From the NCBI RefSeq assembly GCF_006345805.1, contig NC_043001.1, forward strand, positions 107,632,001 through 107,696,000: DNA of 64,000 nt, written 5' to 3'. This stretch comes from Octopus sinensis (taxonomy: Eukaryota). Below, in pieces: positions 13,470-26,565 of this stretch (its first letter is position 1; each line of letters opens with the position of its first letter). The position numbers and the translations under genes are program-made. A model generated the notes under the pieces. That model had not been told where the DNA came from. It searched no databases and saw only the letters and a list, made by a program, of their open reading frames with translations.

Positions 13470-13985
13470 AGAGGAAGGAGAAGAGGAAGAAAAAGAAGAA
13501 GAAGAAGAAGAAGAAGAAGAAGAAGAAGAAGAAGAAGAACAACAACAACAACAACAACAAATACAGCAACACCAAAAATAACAAGAACAAGGGCAAGAAG
13601 AAAATGAAGAAATAGAAGAAAAGGAGGAGAAGAAGAAGAAGAAGAACAACAACAACAACAACAGCAACAACAAAGACAGCAACACCAAAAATAACAAGAA
13701 CAACGACAAGAAGAAAATGAAGAAGTAGAAGAAAAGGAGGAGAAGAAGAAGAAGAAGAAGAACAACAACAACAACAACAATAAGAAAATGAAGAAACTGA
13801 AGAGGAAGAGGAAATGAAGAAGAGGAGGAAGAAGAAAATGAAGAAGAAAATGAAGAAGAAAAAGAAGAAGAAGAAAAAGAAGAAGAAGAAGAAGAAGAAG
13901 AAGAAGAAGAAGAAGAAGAAGAAGAAGAAGAAGAAGAAGGAAAAAAGAAGAACAACAACAACAACGTCGACGAGGACAAGAAGGA
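13470..13985. repeat. Compound (GAA)n/(CAA)n microsatellite containing an internal tandem duplication of about 130 bp
   Basis: The block cagcaacaccaaaaataacaagaacaa..aagaaaatgaagaa..agaagaaaaggaggagaag occurs twice. Confidence 0.9.
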
Positions 13986-14825
13986 AGGCGGCAACGATGA
14001 TTGCATTCAGTGGCGAGGTGTGTCAATCCAATATGTTATCAAACAACGGGAAAGGTTGACATATATAAATATTCACGATTCATCATTTATTCCTTTTTCT
14101 TTGTTTCTGTTCTTTTTGTACATGTCAGAGGTTGGAATCGGTCGCCTAATTTTAGTTCTAGTCTTGAGCTGTTTCATTTGACTCACGTTGCTAATGACCT
14201 TCGACCAACTTCGGAATGTCAGAAGTCCGGTTTCGTTATTGAAGTCAATAGGGCTGCTTATGGAAGAACGTACGCCACAAATTTAGCATTTGATGTTTGA
14301 CAGTATTTCCTATTCCCTACCTCCCCAATTTAGTTCATATGAATAAATAATTTCTGCTAAATTATTAAATTTAATCAACAAATAATATAAAGATGGTAAT
14401 TTTTTTTTTTAATTAGCCGTTTAATTAAGTGAGCATCTTTAATAAATCTGTCTAGACATAAGAATGAGCGAAGTATTTTAGTTTAGGAAAGAAACTAAGA
14501 GAAAGTTTAAGAATAATGCTTTTCTCGTGAGCAGATTACAAGATAAAGCGACTTGATATTGGATTTCAAAAATGGATTCCGAAATTGTTGTTGACAAGCG
14601 TTAGATAGGTGAGGTTGGCTGGATAGAGACAGGTGGGCAGAGTGAGGGGGAAGGTGAGACAGAGAAATCGATAAACAAGTTAAATAGTCTACTAGTAGGA
14701 AAGAGAGTGAGAGAGAGGGAGAGAGAGAGAGGGAAAGAGAGAGAAAGAAAGAGAGAGCGTGCGATTTGGTGTTACAGAAGAAATTAGAGGAGAAAACAAC
14801 CAAGAGAAAGCGAAGGAACGGTAGA

Positions 14826-14846
14826 AATAGTAGTAGTAGTAGTAGT

Positions 14847-14883
<37 letters not shown>

Positions 14884-14970
14884 TGTATTAGTAGCTAGAG
14901 TAATGGTAGTAGTAACAGTAGCACTAGTAGTAGTCAGATTAGTAGTAGTAGTATTAGTAGTAGTAGTATG
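14826..14970. repeat. (TAG)n microsatellite
   Basis: Direct reading. Confidence 0.95.
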
Positions 14971-15039
14971 AACTGTTGTAGGAGAACTTGGCCAAAATAA
15001 CATGGATGTTCCTGGAAAGAGCCAACCATTTTGACAGTA

Positions 15040-15250
15040 AACGTCGCTATGTCCGCGTGTGTATGTATGTGTAGGGGGGACGCGTGTGTTTGTGTATGCA
15101 TGTGTACGTGTGTGCGTCTACGTCCGTACACACACAAATATGAACATCTTTGGGTGTGTACGTGTGTCTGCTTGTGTGTGTATACGAACCATATATACAT
15201 GCGTATATATGTGTGTGTGTGTATGTATATATATATATATATACACACAC

Positions 15251-15284
<34 letters not shown>

Positions 15285-15660
15285 TTTTCTATATATATAC
15301 ACACACACACACATATATATATATACACACCCACTTTTGTTCGTGTGTGTGTATATGCATGAATGCTTACGTACAAGTGTGCCCGTATGCGTGCTTCCTT
15401 GCATCTGTATGTGCATGCGTGCATGTATAAGTGTGCGTGTGTGTATATGTATGTGTGCGTATTTGTGTATGTGTGTATGTGTGTATGTGTGTATGTGTGT
15501 ATATATGTGTGTATATTGGGTGTGTGTAAGTGTGCGTATATGTGTGTGTTTTGTGTGTGTTTATGTGTGTATGTGTGCGTATATGTGTGTGTGTTTTGTA
15601 TGTATGTATGTATGTATGTGTGTGTGTTTTGTGTGTGTGTTTGTGTGTATGTGTGTATAA
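15040..15660. repeat. Degenerate (TG)n/(TA)n/(TATG)n low-complexity tract
   Basis: Direct reading. Explains the overlapping V/C/Y/M and H/T/I ORFs. Confidence 0.9.
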
Positions 15661-16366
15661 ATGAGAATGCGGAAGAAAATACCAATACATTGAGAAGATG
15701 ATTGAATTGATAAATGAATGGATGGTTTAACGGAGGAAAATATGGAGGGAAAGCTGAGGAGGTGTAAATCGGGAGAGAAATATGAAGTCAGGGATTTATA
15801 GGACGAAACAGAGAAAGCGAGAAACAACAGGGAAGTGATTAAGAAGAACAAATGAGAATTACGTTTGTATACTTAAAAGTGGTGTCGGTGGGAGGTTATG
15901 AGTGAAACATCAATGTCATTGCGTCAAAACTCTGCATTCATCTGAACCACGTGACCACATTTCTTTTCGGTTTGCTGGAATTATATGCACATTTTTATCC
16001 TCATGTGTCTCAATATATTATTCAATGTGGATTTGGAGATAATTCGTGACAGGTGAATGATAGGAGAATCCAGTTGGCGTCTGATGTTTCTTGGTATTAA
16101 CACCTGCGTTAGCTTATAGTTACGCGTTGCATGAATTCAAGATTTGTTTCTGAAAGTAAGTCAAGAAGCAAATGGTTTAGTTAATTCTGTAACAAACCCC
16201 AAGTATATTGTGAGCGCCATCGTCGATTTGAGTCTATAATGGGACCTCTGTATCTAGAACGGAGCAACCCTTTGTCTGCATTTTAAAATTTGAAATCAGC
16301 ATGTCCCTTTAAACCCGTTCGAAACAAAAGATAAAAGGAATGGGTTGAGACATGCCATACAAGGGT

Positions 16367-16575
16367 TTCTAATTTGGCACAGGACCAGTAGTTTTTGCGG
16401 GAAGTAGGAAGTCGGTTACCCTGACCGTAGTATCTGAATATTACTTATTTTATCGAACCCGAAACGATGAGAAGCAAAGTCAATCTCAGGAGAATTTGAA
16501 CTCAGAACGTAAGCACTAACGATATGGCGCTAACCATTTTGCTCAGCGTGCTAACAATTCTGCCAGCTCACCGCT
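16367..16575 (-). mobile_element. SINE family A (diverged)
   Basis: gaatttgaactcagaacgta..gtgctaacaattctgccagctcaccgc. Confidence 0.75.
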
Positions 16576-16745
16576 TGGAACCGCTCAAATACTCCGCAAG
16601 GTGCTCGAAAAATAAGTGTTACCTTAGTGCATTGGTAATAAACAGCTGACACTGTAGTACATCTCCAGCGTAGAAGTCATATTGCCATGTTGGACCTTTT
16701 CTCTCCATTGTTTTCATTCTCGGTCCATTTTTTTCTCTCTTAATC

Positions 16746-16782
16746 CTTTCTGACGAAGAGCGTAGGCTCGAAAACTAAAAAG
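16746..16782 (+). ncRNA. Degenerate minimal hammerhead motif in a Penelope-type short repeat
   Basis: CUUU-CUGACGA-A-GAGC(GUAG)GCUC-GAA, then a damaged stem III (AACU) and AAAAG. A related copy lies on the minus strand at 18803-18838. Confidence 0.45.
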
Positions 16783-16935
16783 ATTTTTCCATTTTTCTCG
16801 GGCGTTAAACTACACCTGTCTTCATCTTTTGTTTTTGTTTTCTGTAAATTTTAACTATATATATGTGTGTGTGTGTGTGTACGTATGTATGTACATATAT
16901 GTGTGTACATACATACGCACACACACATATATACG

Positions 16936-16987
<52 letters not shown>

Positions 16988-17094
16988 GATAGTGTGTCTA
17001 TAGCCAGCTGGAGGAGATATCTTCCTGGGGCTACAAACTACAGTAGCATCCACCCTTAGGGGTTAACCATATTCAAATGGCAAATATGCGTAAC

Positions 17095-17125
<31 letters not shown>

Positions 17126-18136
17126 ATGTGTGTGTGTACGTATGTATGTACATATATGTGTGTGTATGTGCTTGTGCGTATGTATGTACATATATATATG
17201 TGTGTGTGTGTGTTTGTGTACATATAACACACAAGCACAATAAGAGCGACAAAAATGCTCTCCGTGCAGAGAGAAATAGAAATCATTTATTTGACACACA
17301 CATACACGCACACACACGGGCACACACACACACACGCACACACACACAGAACCACACACATACATGCATATGTACATACATATATATGTATATATGTATG
17401 TATGTGTGGGTGTATCTGTGTGCGTGTGTGTATACAGTAAATGATATCAGTGTAGGGTGTACAATAAATGATATCCGTTTCTCTCTGCATGGAGAACATT
17501 ATTGTTGATCTTATTAACGAAACAGCGAACTATAAACATACCCACACATATAGATTCACACATACATTCTGATGCATATACACGTTTTCATAAATGGGTA
17601 GATGAATGAATAAAAACCGTAATAAAAATATTCTAGCTTTCTTTTTATTATTTCCTGGTGCAGTGGTGCATTTCTCCGTTCATTTCTGGAGATTAACTAG
17701 CAAAATGTCCATATTGAATCTTCTCGATAAAATATATTTTTTTAGAAGAATGTTGTAAATGCTTATTATATTGTTGCACCTTACATGTTCGTTTATTCCT
17801 TTTGCAGGTTTTCGTTTTTGAGTCTGAATGTAGTTAAGCACATTACATGTTGAGAAAGGATAAATTGTAATTACGATGGAGTACAGTGTGTTATGACGGT
17901 ATCCTTTATCATTTAATTACTATCTTTATCTTGTTAACGTTTGGCAATAACATCTTCAATATATCTCTGAAGATTATTATAAAATTGAGAGTGTATCTGT
18001 ATGAGCGTGAGAGGGAGAGAGAGACACAGAGAGAGAGAGAGAGAGAGATAAAGAAAAATGTCTACGAATATTAAAAAAGTATATTTATATATATATCCAT
18101 GTATATATATATATATATAATAATATATATATATAT

Positions 18137-18225
<89 letters not shown>

Positions 18226-18227
18226 GT

Positions 18228-18340
18228 GAGGAAGCGAAATGGCCCAATGGTTAGAGCAGCGGACTTGCGGTCGTAGGATCGCGGTTTCGATTCCCAGGCA
18301 AAGCGAGTCCGCTGCCCTAACCATTGGGGCATTGCGCCCT

Positions 18341-18342
<2 letters not shown>
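18228..18342. mobile_element. Fold-back of a SINE family D tRNA-like head, inside a (TA)n tract
   Basis: 18228-18268 and 18303-18342 are inverted copies of the head seen at 33481 (ggaggcgcaatggcccagtgg..gcggactcgc). Confidence 0.8.
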
Positions 18343-18378
<36 letters not shown>

Positions 18379-18802
18379 TGCTGTATAATGACGGCAGTAG
18401 TTTATTAACTGCAGAGTAATTTCCGATCTCAGCGCGCCAATATATATATATATAAACATACAAACACACACACACACGCACATATATATATAAACACACA
18501 TATATATACATATATGATCAAATAGTGCATGTTTTTAACTGGCAAAAAATAATCATCCACAAACATAACTGTATATATTTATGTGTATATATGTATATAG
18601 GTTTATGTATGTATATGCATATGCATGTTTATATATAAATATATACATATCGATAGATAGATTGATAAATAGACAGCCAGAGAGAGCCATAAATAGAGGG
18701 ATAATAGATATTTGAGATTTATAGAAAAACAAAAGCCGAAAATAAGCGTATTATAAACAACAAGCAAATGTATTAGTATGACGCTCGGGAAAATGGAAAC
18801 GT

Positions 18803-18838
18803 CTTTTACGTTTCTAGCTTACGTTCTTCAACAGAAAG
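18803..18838 (-). ncRNA. Degenerate minimal hammerhead motif
   Basis: Reverse complement: CUUU-CUGUUGA-A-GAAC(GUAA)GCUA-GAA-ACGU-A-AAAG. Stems I and III intact; core and stem II mutated. Confidence 0.4.
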
Positions 18839-19341
18839 GAATAAGAGAATAGAAACTATGAGATAATGAAAAAAAAGCTTGTAGATTTCAACGGTCCAGC
18901 ATCGTAAATGATTGGAAAAAATGCTTCAAAGAAAGAGAGATAAAAATGTTAAAAAGCGGTGGAAAGAAAGGGGAGTAATAAAGTACTTGTGCTCCCAAGA
19001 CAAAAGTGCGCGGGTGAGCATGCATGTATAAGAATGGTATGTGTGTGAATAGAGGCGGGTGAGTCCGATGTGTGTGTGTGTGTGAGTGTATGCGCGTGTA
19101 ACATATGTGTGTGCGTGTTGTGTGTATCAGCTGAAGTGTGCTTTTTCACGTGATGTGTGTGTGTGGCGTGACGTGGGGTGGTATCAAATGAAGAGAGGAG
19201 GTGAGTTGATCCCGTGTGGCGCAAAGGAGCGCAGAGGGAAGAATAATACCAGTTCACGACGATGGCGGGAGGACGGATGGCCCCTGAGCAAATACAGTAC
19301 GAATACAAACAGATGTTGTATCGAATGACCGGCAGAGCGGA

Positions 19342-19396
<55 letters not shown>

Positions 19397-19498
19397 TGTA
19401 TGTGTGTATGCGTGTGTATGTACATGGGTGTTTGTGTATCTACATACCTTTTGTCTATCTATCTATCTCCACCTATCTCTCTCTCTTCTCTGTCTCGA

Positions 19499-19542
<44 letters not shown>

Positions 19543-19946
19543 ATATCAGGTATAATATTTACAAATATCCAAACCGTACTTCCTTTCTGTTTCATATTTT
19601 TCTAATAAACAATAATAAGCATATTTCTGTCAACAGGTGATTGAAATTTTAATTAGCCTTTGGCTACCATAAATTGTATCGCATAACTGTCGCTATCATA
19701 CTGATAACACGATACGATCATCTCATTTATATTTAAGTATAATATATAAGGGCAGAAGAACATAGAATAGACTTGGACATGCAAGATATCATAGTAGAAA
19801 TCTTAATTAATCAATTAGCACCTGCCTATCTAAATTACTTTTCAAGCCAACAAAGGAATATCTAACGGCAGATAGATCAACCTGTTAGAAATTTTAGCAC
19901 AAATTTCAATTATTATTGACACAGTATGGGGCTTCAAATGCATATT

Positions 19947-19997
<51 letters not shown>

Positions 19998-20000
19998 ATA

Positions 20001-20042
<42 letters not shown>

Positions 20043-20897
20043 CAAAGCTGGAGAGAGCGACACAGAGATAGATGATAATATGCAGAAAGGAAGTTTGGAT
20101 ATTTAATATATAACAGTTCTCTGTATATAATAATAATAATAATAATAATAATATAAATAATAATAATAATAATATTGAGAAGAGCATTGTCGATGTGAGA
20201 ACTGTTGCTGCTCATGTATTTTAATTTAACTTTAAAAAAAAAAAAAAAAATGAACGAACTACTGAGTTTGGTTTAATGGCCTACCAATGTATACTATGAG
20301 TTTCTTTGCCCTAGGGGTCGGGAAGACACTCGGCAAGAAATGATAGCAAATTTGAAAGAAGAAGAAAAAAAAGTAATAATAATAATAATGATGATTATAA
20401 TAATAATAATAATTATTATTATTATTATCATTATTATTATTATTGAGTGAGAGAACGTTGCATGCCATCAAAGTGATACTGAGATAAAATATACGAAAGC
20501 TAATATGAAGATAAGCTGCGCGTGGCCTTGCAGGTTGGGCCCACGTAGAATTTTCTTCAGGTCGAGTATCCCATCCCGCTCAAAAGGTCCCTGAATGAGA
20601 GTTGTTTAAGGATGTTGAATGAACTTTATTATTATTTTGTTTTATTGTAATGGATGACGAGAAAAACATTTATATTACACTATTATTGTTGTTTTTTAAA
20701 TTGGCTCCAGTGGTAATAACGTGATACTCATCTCTATAAACGATCAGATATACATATATAAAGCGCCAATAAAGAATTATCCAAAATTCTGGCTGCCTCC
20801 TTTTTCGCAATATACAATATATGTACTGGTAAAAACGGTAAGATAACAAAAGAAAGAAAGGGACCTCAATATTATGTAAATAGAGGAAACTTATCTA

Positions 20898-21990
20898 TAA
20901 AATAATATGTTACATTTACTCAATAGTCAAGATAAAACTCTGAGTTTCAGATGCCGAAGTGGAAATCCACAACACCATCTCTTCGGTTGTCTGGTCATCT
21001 GAAAAACGCTATGAAAAAATACCGTTATATAAAGGGAAATTACTGTATTATAATTCTGCGGTCTATGCGACATGGAGAGATGGCTTATCTGGAAAAGCAG
21101 CTTAGACCCTACTACATGTCTAAACTCAAGGACAGAACTTTTCGGTTCATGCCCACACGTGACTAAATTTTTGTTACGTTTTTGGTCCCCCAAAGAAAAC
21201 AGATAGAACTTGCTTTCTATATTACGTCCCAAAAAGTGTTTTATCTCATTATACCTTTTATTATTTCATATATTTTTATATTTTCACACATAATAATTTT
21301 TTCTGTACTTTTCTATCCTGCATTTTTTCCTGTGCCTATATAGACGTGTATATAGATTCATTTGTACACGTGTGTGAATATGTATGAGTGGGCAGTTTTA
21401 GATGTGTGCGTGTGTGCGGGCATAAGAATGCACATATATATATATATAGACGTTTTTACTTAGTATTTTTCCATTTTTGGGGGGTGGGGGGCATACCTAT
21501 ATTCATTTTTTGTATATGCGTGTGTATGTATGCGTATATAAATATGTGCGGGTATGTACATATATGGCCTGTGTGTGTATGAGTGCATAGGAGCATGTCC
21601 GTATATGAACGTGGTTTTTATGCTTTGTATACTTCCTTATGTTTTTTTCTGTTACCTTTAACCATGGTTTTTATTGTGCTTGTGCGTATATAGACGTATG
21701 TATGAACTTTTACGGTACGCATGTGAGTGTGTATGACTTTGTATATATATGCGTATATATTTGGCGAAAAATGCGAATGAAGATGTGTACGTTTTCATAG
21801 TGACGTATAAGTACGCACGTGGGTTCGCGAGCAGAATTATAATACAGTAATTTCCCTTTATATAACGGTATTTTATCTTAGCGTTTTTCAGATGGTCAGA
21901 TAACCGAAGAGATGGTGTTGTGGATTTCCACTTCAGCATCTGAAGTCAGAGTTTTATCTGACTATTGAGTAAATGTAACATATTATTTTA
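20898..21990. mobile_element. Inverted pair of Penelope-type repeats (arms of about 160 bp) flanking about 770 bp
   Basis: 20898-21059 is the reverse complement of 21831-21990 with few differences. The left flank matches 31370-31480. Confidence 0.75.
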
Positions 21991-22107
21991 TATATATATT
22001 ATATATATTATATAATATATATATATATACATATATTATATATATATATTACGGACATGTACTTGCATATCGAGTGCCTTGATCTGAGATCGTGTGCTGG
22101 AACGAAA

Positions 22108-22337
22108 ACAATTGCAGCATGGAAGGTGTTTATAAGCCATTTAAGAACCACACAAAACCGTTAGATTCACTTCAACATTTAAATTTAATTTGGCAAAATA
22201 TTTTCGTCGCTTTGAGACTGTGACCTGTTCACTGACAAAACCTCGTGCTGCACGAATTAAATTTAAATGTTGAAGTGAATCTAACGGTTTTGTGTGTTTC
22301 TTAAATGGCTTATAAACACCTTCCACGTTGCAATTGT
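22108..22337. repeat. Fold-back element, 83-bp arms with a 64-bp spacer
   Basis: acaattgcagcatggaaggtgtttataagcc..aaatttaatt versus aattaaattt..ggcttataaacaccttccacgttgcaattgt. Confidence 0.9.
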
Positions 22338-22849
22338 ATATCTACAAGGTTATTAAATTCCACACGGATAGATATATAGGAAAAATAAAAGTTTGAAAAT
22401 GGACTGAGAATAGTTACAATATTTTTTATTAGTATATTTAGATATTTAACCGGTTTCACAGTTTACACTGATTTTTAATACGTTGAAATAGAAAAACGTG
22501 GCTTATGTCGCAGCTGTCTGGCTTCTGACTACTGTTTGAAGTTTGCGCTATCTTTATAGGGAGTTCATGGCGCAACTTAGAATGTTTTGATTGGTAGAGG
22601 ATAGTCATATAACTCGTCATAGAAACCTTTGTAGGTTTCCCACTAAGTCCGTGTGTTAGTATGAAGTCACAATGCTTGGTGAAAATGGTTAGAGTGAGCA
22701 TGTTTAATTACAAATTAAAGCACTCTAAATTTCATCTGTCTGGTGGGAGAGTAAGCAGGAGTTGTTTGTATGTAATCCAGTGGCTAAAGGTTAGTTCCTC
22801 ATTTTAAGTGGCAGAATGAGTTCTGTGTGTGAATAGTTATTTGCGTATG

Positions 22850-23960
22850 TACTCTGTTAAAGTTTATGTCTGGGTTTGTACTTTTGTGTGAAAGTAATCT
22901 CTTTGTTTATCCGTGCTTCATGTTTACTATTCACTGAACACAAGTATAGTAGGAAAACCTGGAATTTGGGGGACTTATCTTTTGCACGCATGTCTATGTG
23001 TCCACACAGTGGAATCTGTCTAGTACTGGTTTCTCATATTTATTGTCAGTGAATGGTCAGTCTTTTTTAAGTGTAAACTTTGATTGGCCTATGTAATCTT
23101 CATTATATACTTGACATGTGATAGCGTTTATTAAATTTCTTGACAAGCATGTAAAGTAATTTTTTACGGTAACAATCTCTTCTGATTTAAATTTATATGT
23201 TGTGTCTTCAATAAGATATAAATTTCACTATTGGGGCAGCCACACCCTTTGACTGTTGGTGTAGGAGTTATAGAAGCTAATTTAGCACATGTAAGGAATT
23301 TTTTGAGAAACTGTCATTGTTTTTTTACTTTAGTGTATTTCGAACGCTTTTTCCGTTCTTGGGGCCTGTCTTAGTAGTGGGATGTTCTGCTGGATAATAT
23401 TGTAAACCTCTGTATTTCTTGGGTTTTTGTAATTTCTTGGATGGTTGTATTTCTTGTGTGTTGTAATAAAGGGTAGATTATTGGATGTATGTGGAGCGAT
23501 TTTCGTTTTTCATAGTTCTTCGATAGTTATTGCTTTGGCACTTTCTATTCCGTTGTCTATAAACTTTAATAGATATTGTCTTTTAAGTAGTATTTGTTTT
23601 AGTTCCTCGATTCTTTTATTGCGAGTTTCAAGGTTTGAGACAATTATGTAGATTCCTCTAGCTAGATTAAAGGGAGTATTATTCTTCATGTGTTTGGGAT
23701 TGCTGGGGAGAACAGTAAGTATTGTTTAGAATTTGTTTGTTTATAGTGAATGTTTGTTTCGATGTTTTTATCTCTTTTGGTGATTAGTACATCCAGGAAT
23801 GGTAGTTGAGTTTTATTGTATTCCATGGTGAAGTTTATATTGTTGTTCATGGTGTTGATTAGATTTTTGAAATTTAGAAGTTGTTCAAATGTGTGCGTTC
23901 ATAGTATTCGACAATCATCTAGGCAACCTTTAAAGTTTTCTAGTAGATATTTGTGGACGT
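22850..23960 (-). mobile_element. Penelope-like element: degenerate RT C-terminus/thumb plus GIY-YIG endonuclease
   Basis: Minus strand: FKGCLDDC, MNNNINFTMEYNKTQLPFLDVLI, IHYKQTNSKQYL, PFNLARGI, NLPFITTH, FTCLSRNLINAITCQ..YIGQS (GIY-YIG), KYKP at the end. Several stops and frameshifts. Confidence 0.85.
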
Positions 23961-23967
23961 TCAAGCC

Positions 23968-24162
23968 ATTATTTACATTATTTACAAATGACAGACATTT
24001 GTTCTCATCTTGTTTGTTGTTATCACAACGTTTCGGCTGATATACCCTCCACCCTTCATCAGGTGTCTTGGGGGTAATTTCAAACTTGGATTCCCATTCC
24101 TAAGGTATTTTTCGATGTTGTTGTTGTTGTTGTTGTTCTTCTTCTTCTTCTTCTTCTTCTTC

Positions 24163-24228
<66 letters not shown>

Positions 24229-24234
24229 GTATTA

Positions 24235-24278
<44 letters not shown>

Positions 24279-24294
24279 ATTATTATTATTATTA

Positions 24295-24354
<60 letters not shown>

Positions 24355-24358
24355 TCAC
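23968..24358 (-). mobile_element. P1 Penelope-type repeat with an internal (GTT)(CTT)(ATT)n microsatellite, abutting the Penelope ORF
   Basis: Same sequence as 1881-2120, including the caggtcac after the microsatellite. Confidence 0.75.
24024..24065 (-). ncRNA. Minimal type I hammerhead ribozyme motif
   Basis: Reverse complement: CAC-CUGAUGA-A-GGGUG(GAGGGUAUAU)CAGCC-GAA-ACGU-U-GUG. Palindromic ACGU stem III, GUU triplet, one mismatch in stem II. Confidence 0.55.
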
Positions 24359-25513
24359 GGGCATATGGCGTAGTGGTTAAGAGCGCAGACTGCTAATGAC
24401 TTTTATAATAATACAATTTGGGGATCAGGGCTGAAATGTGTTATGAAAAACAAAGTCCGCCAGCCTCAGCACCCACACCAATAACAAATCAATGGTTTAT
24501 CAAATGAACTTTTAGATTATAGGCGCTCATTTCTAGAATCTAGGTCATAGATAGTCATTTTTAAGAATCTTGCAGCACGAATCATGACTTATTATCAGGT
24601 GCGCTGTACTATAAAAAAGAAGAAAAAATCAAGGTACCTTTTCTTTAGTCATGCATATCAGAAAGTCCCGCGGGCAGCAGCTTGCCCGTGACTGTTCTAG
24701 GACCTATTGCAAATAGGAATTAAATTTCCTTTAAATAATGCAATACCGTCCTAAACATGTTGGTACACGTTGGTTAACTTGGACAAGGATATGGTCTGTG
24801 TCATAAAAGGAAAAGGGCTGGTCACTATTAGAACGTGTTCGATTAATGGCCTGTTCGATCTTGGTTGATTTACAACTAAGCAACCGTAGCAGTAACAAGA
24901 ACAACGTCTACAAGTTCAGCAACAAAGATCAACCAGCGAAGTAGTCACTATAAAATGTTCTGTGCCTGCTAGAAATAATTGCTCGATATTCCAAGTTTTC
25001 GAAGGAAGAACACAGTGAACAGAATGATCTTAACTGTTCTATTTCTGAATCAAACAGAGGATTATCACAGATTGAGTTTCATTACATGACAGCGGATAAA
25101 CGGCTGCACTGGCTTCACATCACGATAATTCTTTAAACAAATTCCTAAATATATTCATATAAGCATTCGTAAGCTTTCCGCTTCGTTCCTTGCATTTTCA
25201 TTTCCATCTTCTTGTCTCGAATTTCTGATTCCTCCTCTGCTATATTTATTTTACGTGAAATACATAGAAACAAATACTGATCGATTCGTATACATACATA
25301 CATACATACATACATACATACATACATACATACATACATACATACATACATACATACATACATGCATACATACATACATGCATACATACATACAGACAGA
25401 CAGACATGCATAGACACACGTATAGATAATCGCTGATGAGAAAAGTCGACAAAAAGTTATATTGGACAGAAAACACTATTTACATTATATAAGATAAACG
25501 TATGTGTACATAA

Positions 25514-25610
<97 letters not shown>

Positions 25611-26219
25611 TTCTCTCTCTTACTGACTCTCTTGATATATTATATATATATATATATATATACGTACACACATCATCACATCATTTATGAACACATTACG
25701 TATGTATGCATATATATGAGTATATACGGACATATGTATGTATTATGTCCGTATGTGGAAAACTTTCGCCCCTGTAGGATAATAGAAACATTAACATTTC
25801 ATCGCTGAAACCAAGAAACCGGTACTTGAAACACAAATATCTCGGAATACAAATTTGTCTGGAATTTTGTCTGTCCCCCAGTTGTGCACAGGTTTCTTCG
25901 TCACTCTCACCATCGTACACACATTCAGTAAACTATTGACTGGCTTGCAGGGAAAATTGTATCTAACCATGATAGTTATCAAAAATTACAAAATAAAACT
26001 AAGAAATAAATAAATAAATAAGATTTTATATGCCTGAAGTGATATTGCGGAGAAATCAAAACGTGACTGACGGATCCGTGACAATCTGTCTTCAACGAAG
26101 CGAAGAATTTAAATAACATTTGCAACTATATTGTGTATATTCTAAACACGGTTTTCTTATTGGAGCTATCAGGTCGAAGAACGATCCCTGGCGAATCCGG
26201 TGACAAGCGCTATATATAT

Positions 26220-26298
<79 letters not shown>

Positions 26299-26324
26299 GA
26301 GTTTATATATATATATTTAATTAT

Positions 26325-26490
26325 TTAATCTTTTACGTTTCATTTTTTGCTTGTTTCAGTCATTGGACTGCGGTCACGCTGGAGCACCGCTTTGGAAGGG
26401 TTATTTGTTAATTGAAGATATTCTATCGTCACATTTGTCGAACCGCTAACTTGTGGAGATGTAAACAATCCATTCACAACACACAGATAC
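26325..26490 (-). mobile_element. SINE family B, 3' fragment
   Basis: tgtttcagtcattggactgcggtcacgctggagcaccgc. Confidence 0.8.
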
Positions 26491-26565
26491 ACACACATAC
26501 ATATATACATACATACATCTATATATATATACATGTATTTATCATATATATATATATATATATAT

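Noticed and set aside
13419-14059. Long ORFs of poly-K/R/S/L/F
   Set aside because: Fully explained by (GAA)n/(CAA)n microsatellites, which are stop-free in several frames.
15031-15701. Overlapping ORFs of about 200 aa on both strands
   Set aside because: Degenerate TG/TA dinucleotide tract.
25696-25920. Minus-strand peptide YDGESDEETC..ICIPRYLC resembling LDL-A repeat fragments
   Set aside because: Cysteine spacing does not fit an LDL-A module and there are no convincing splice sites.
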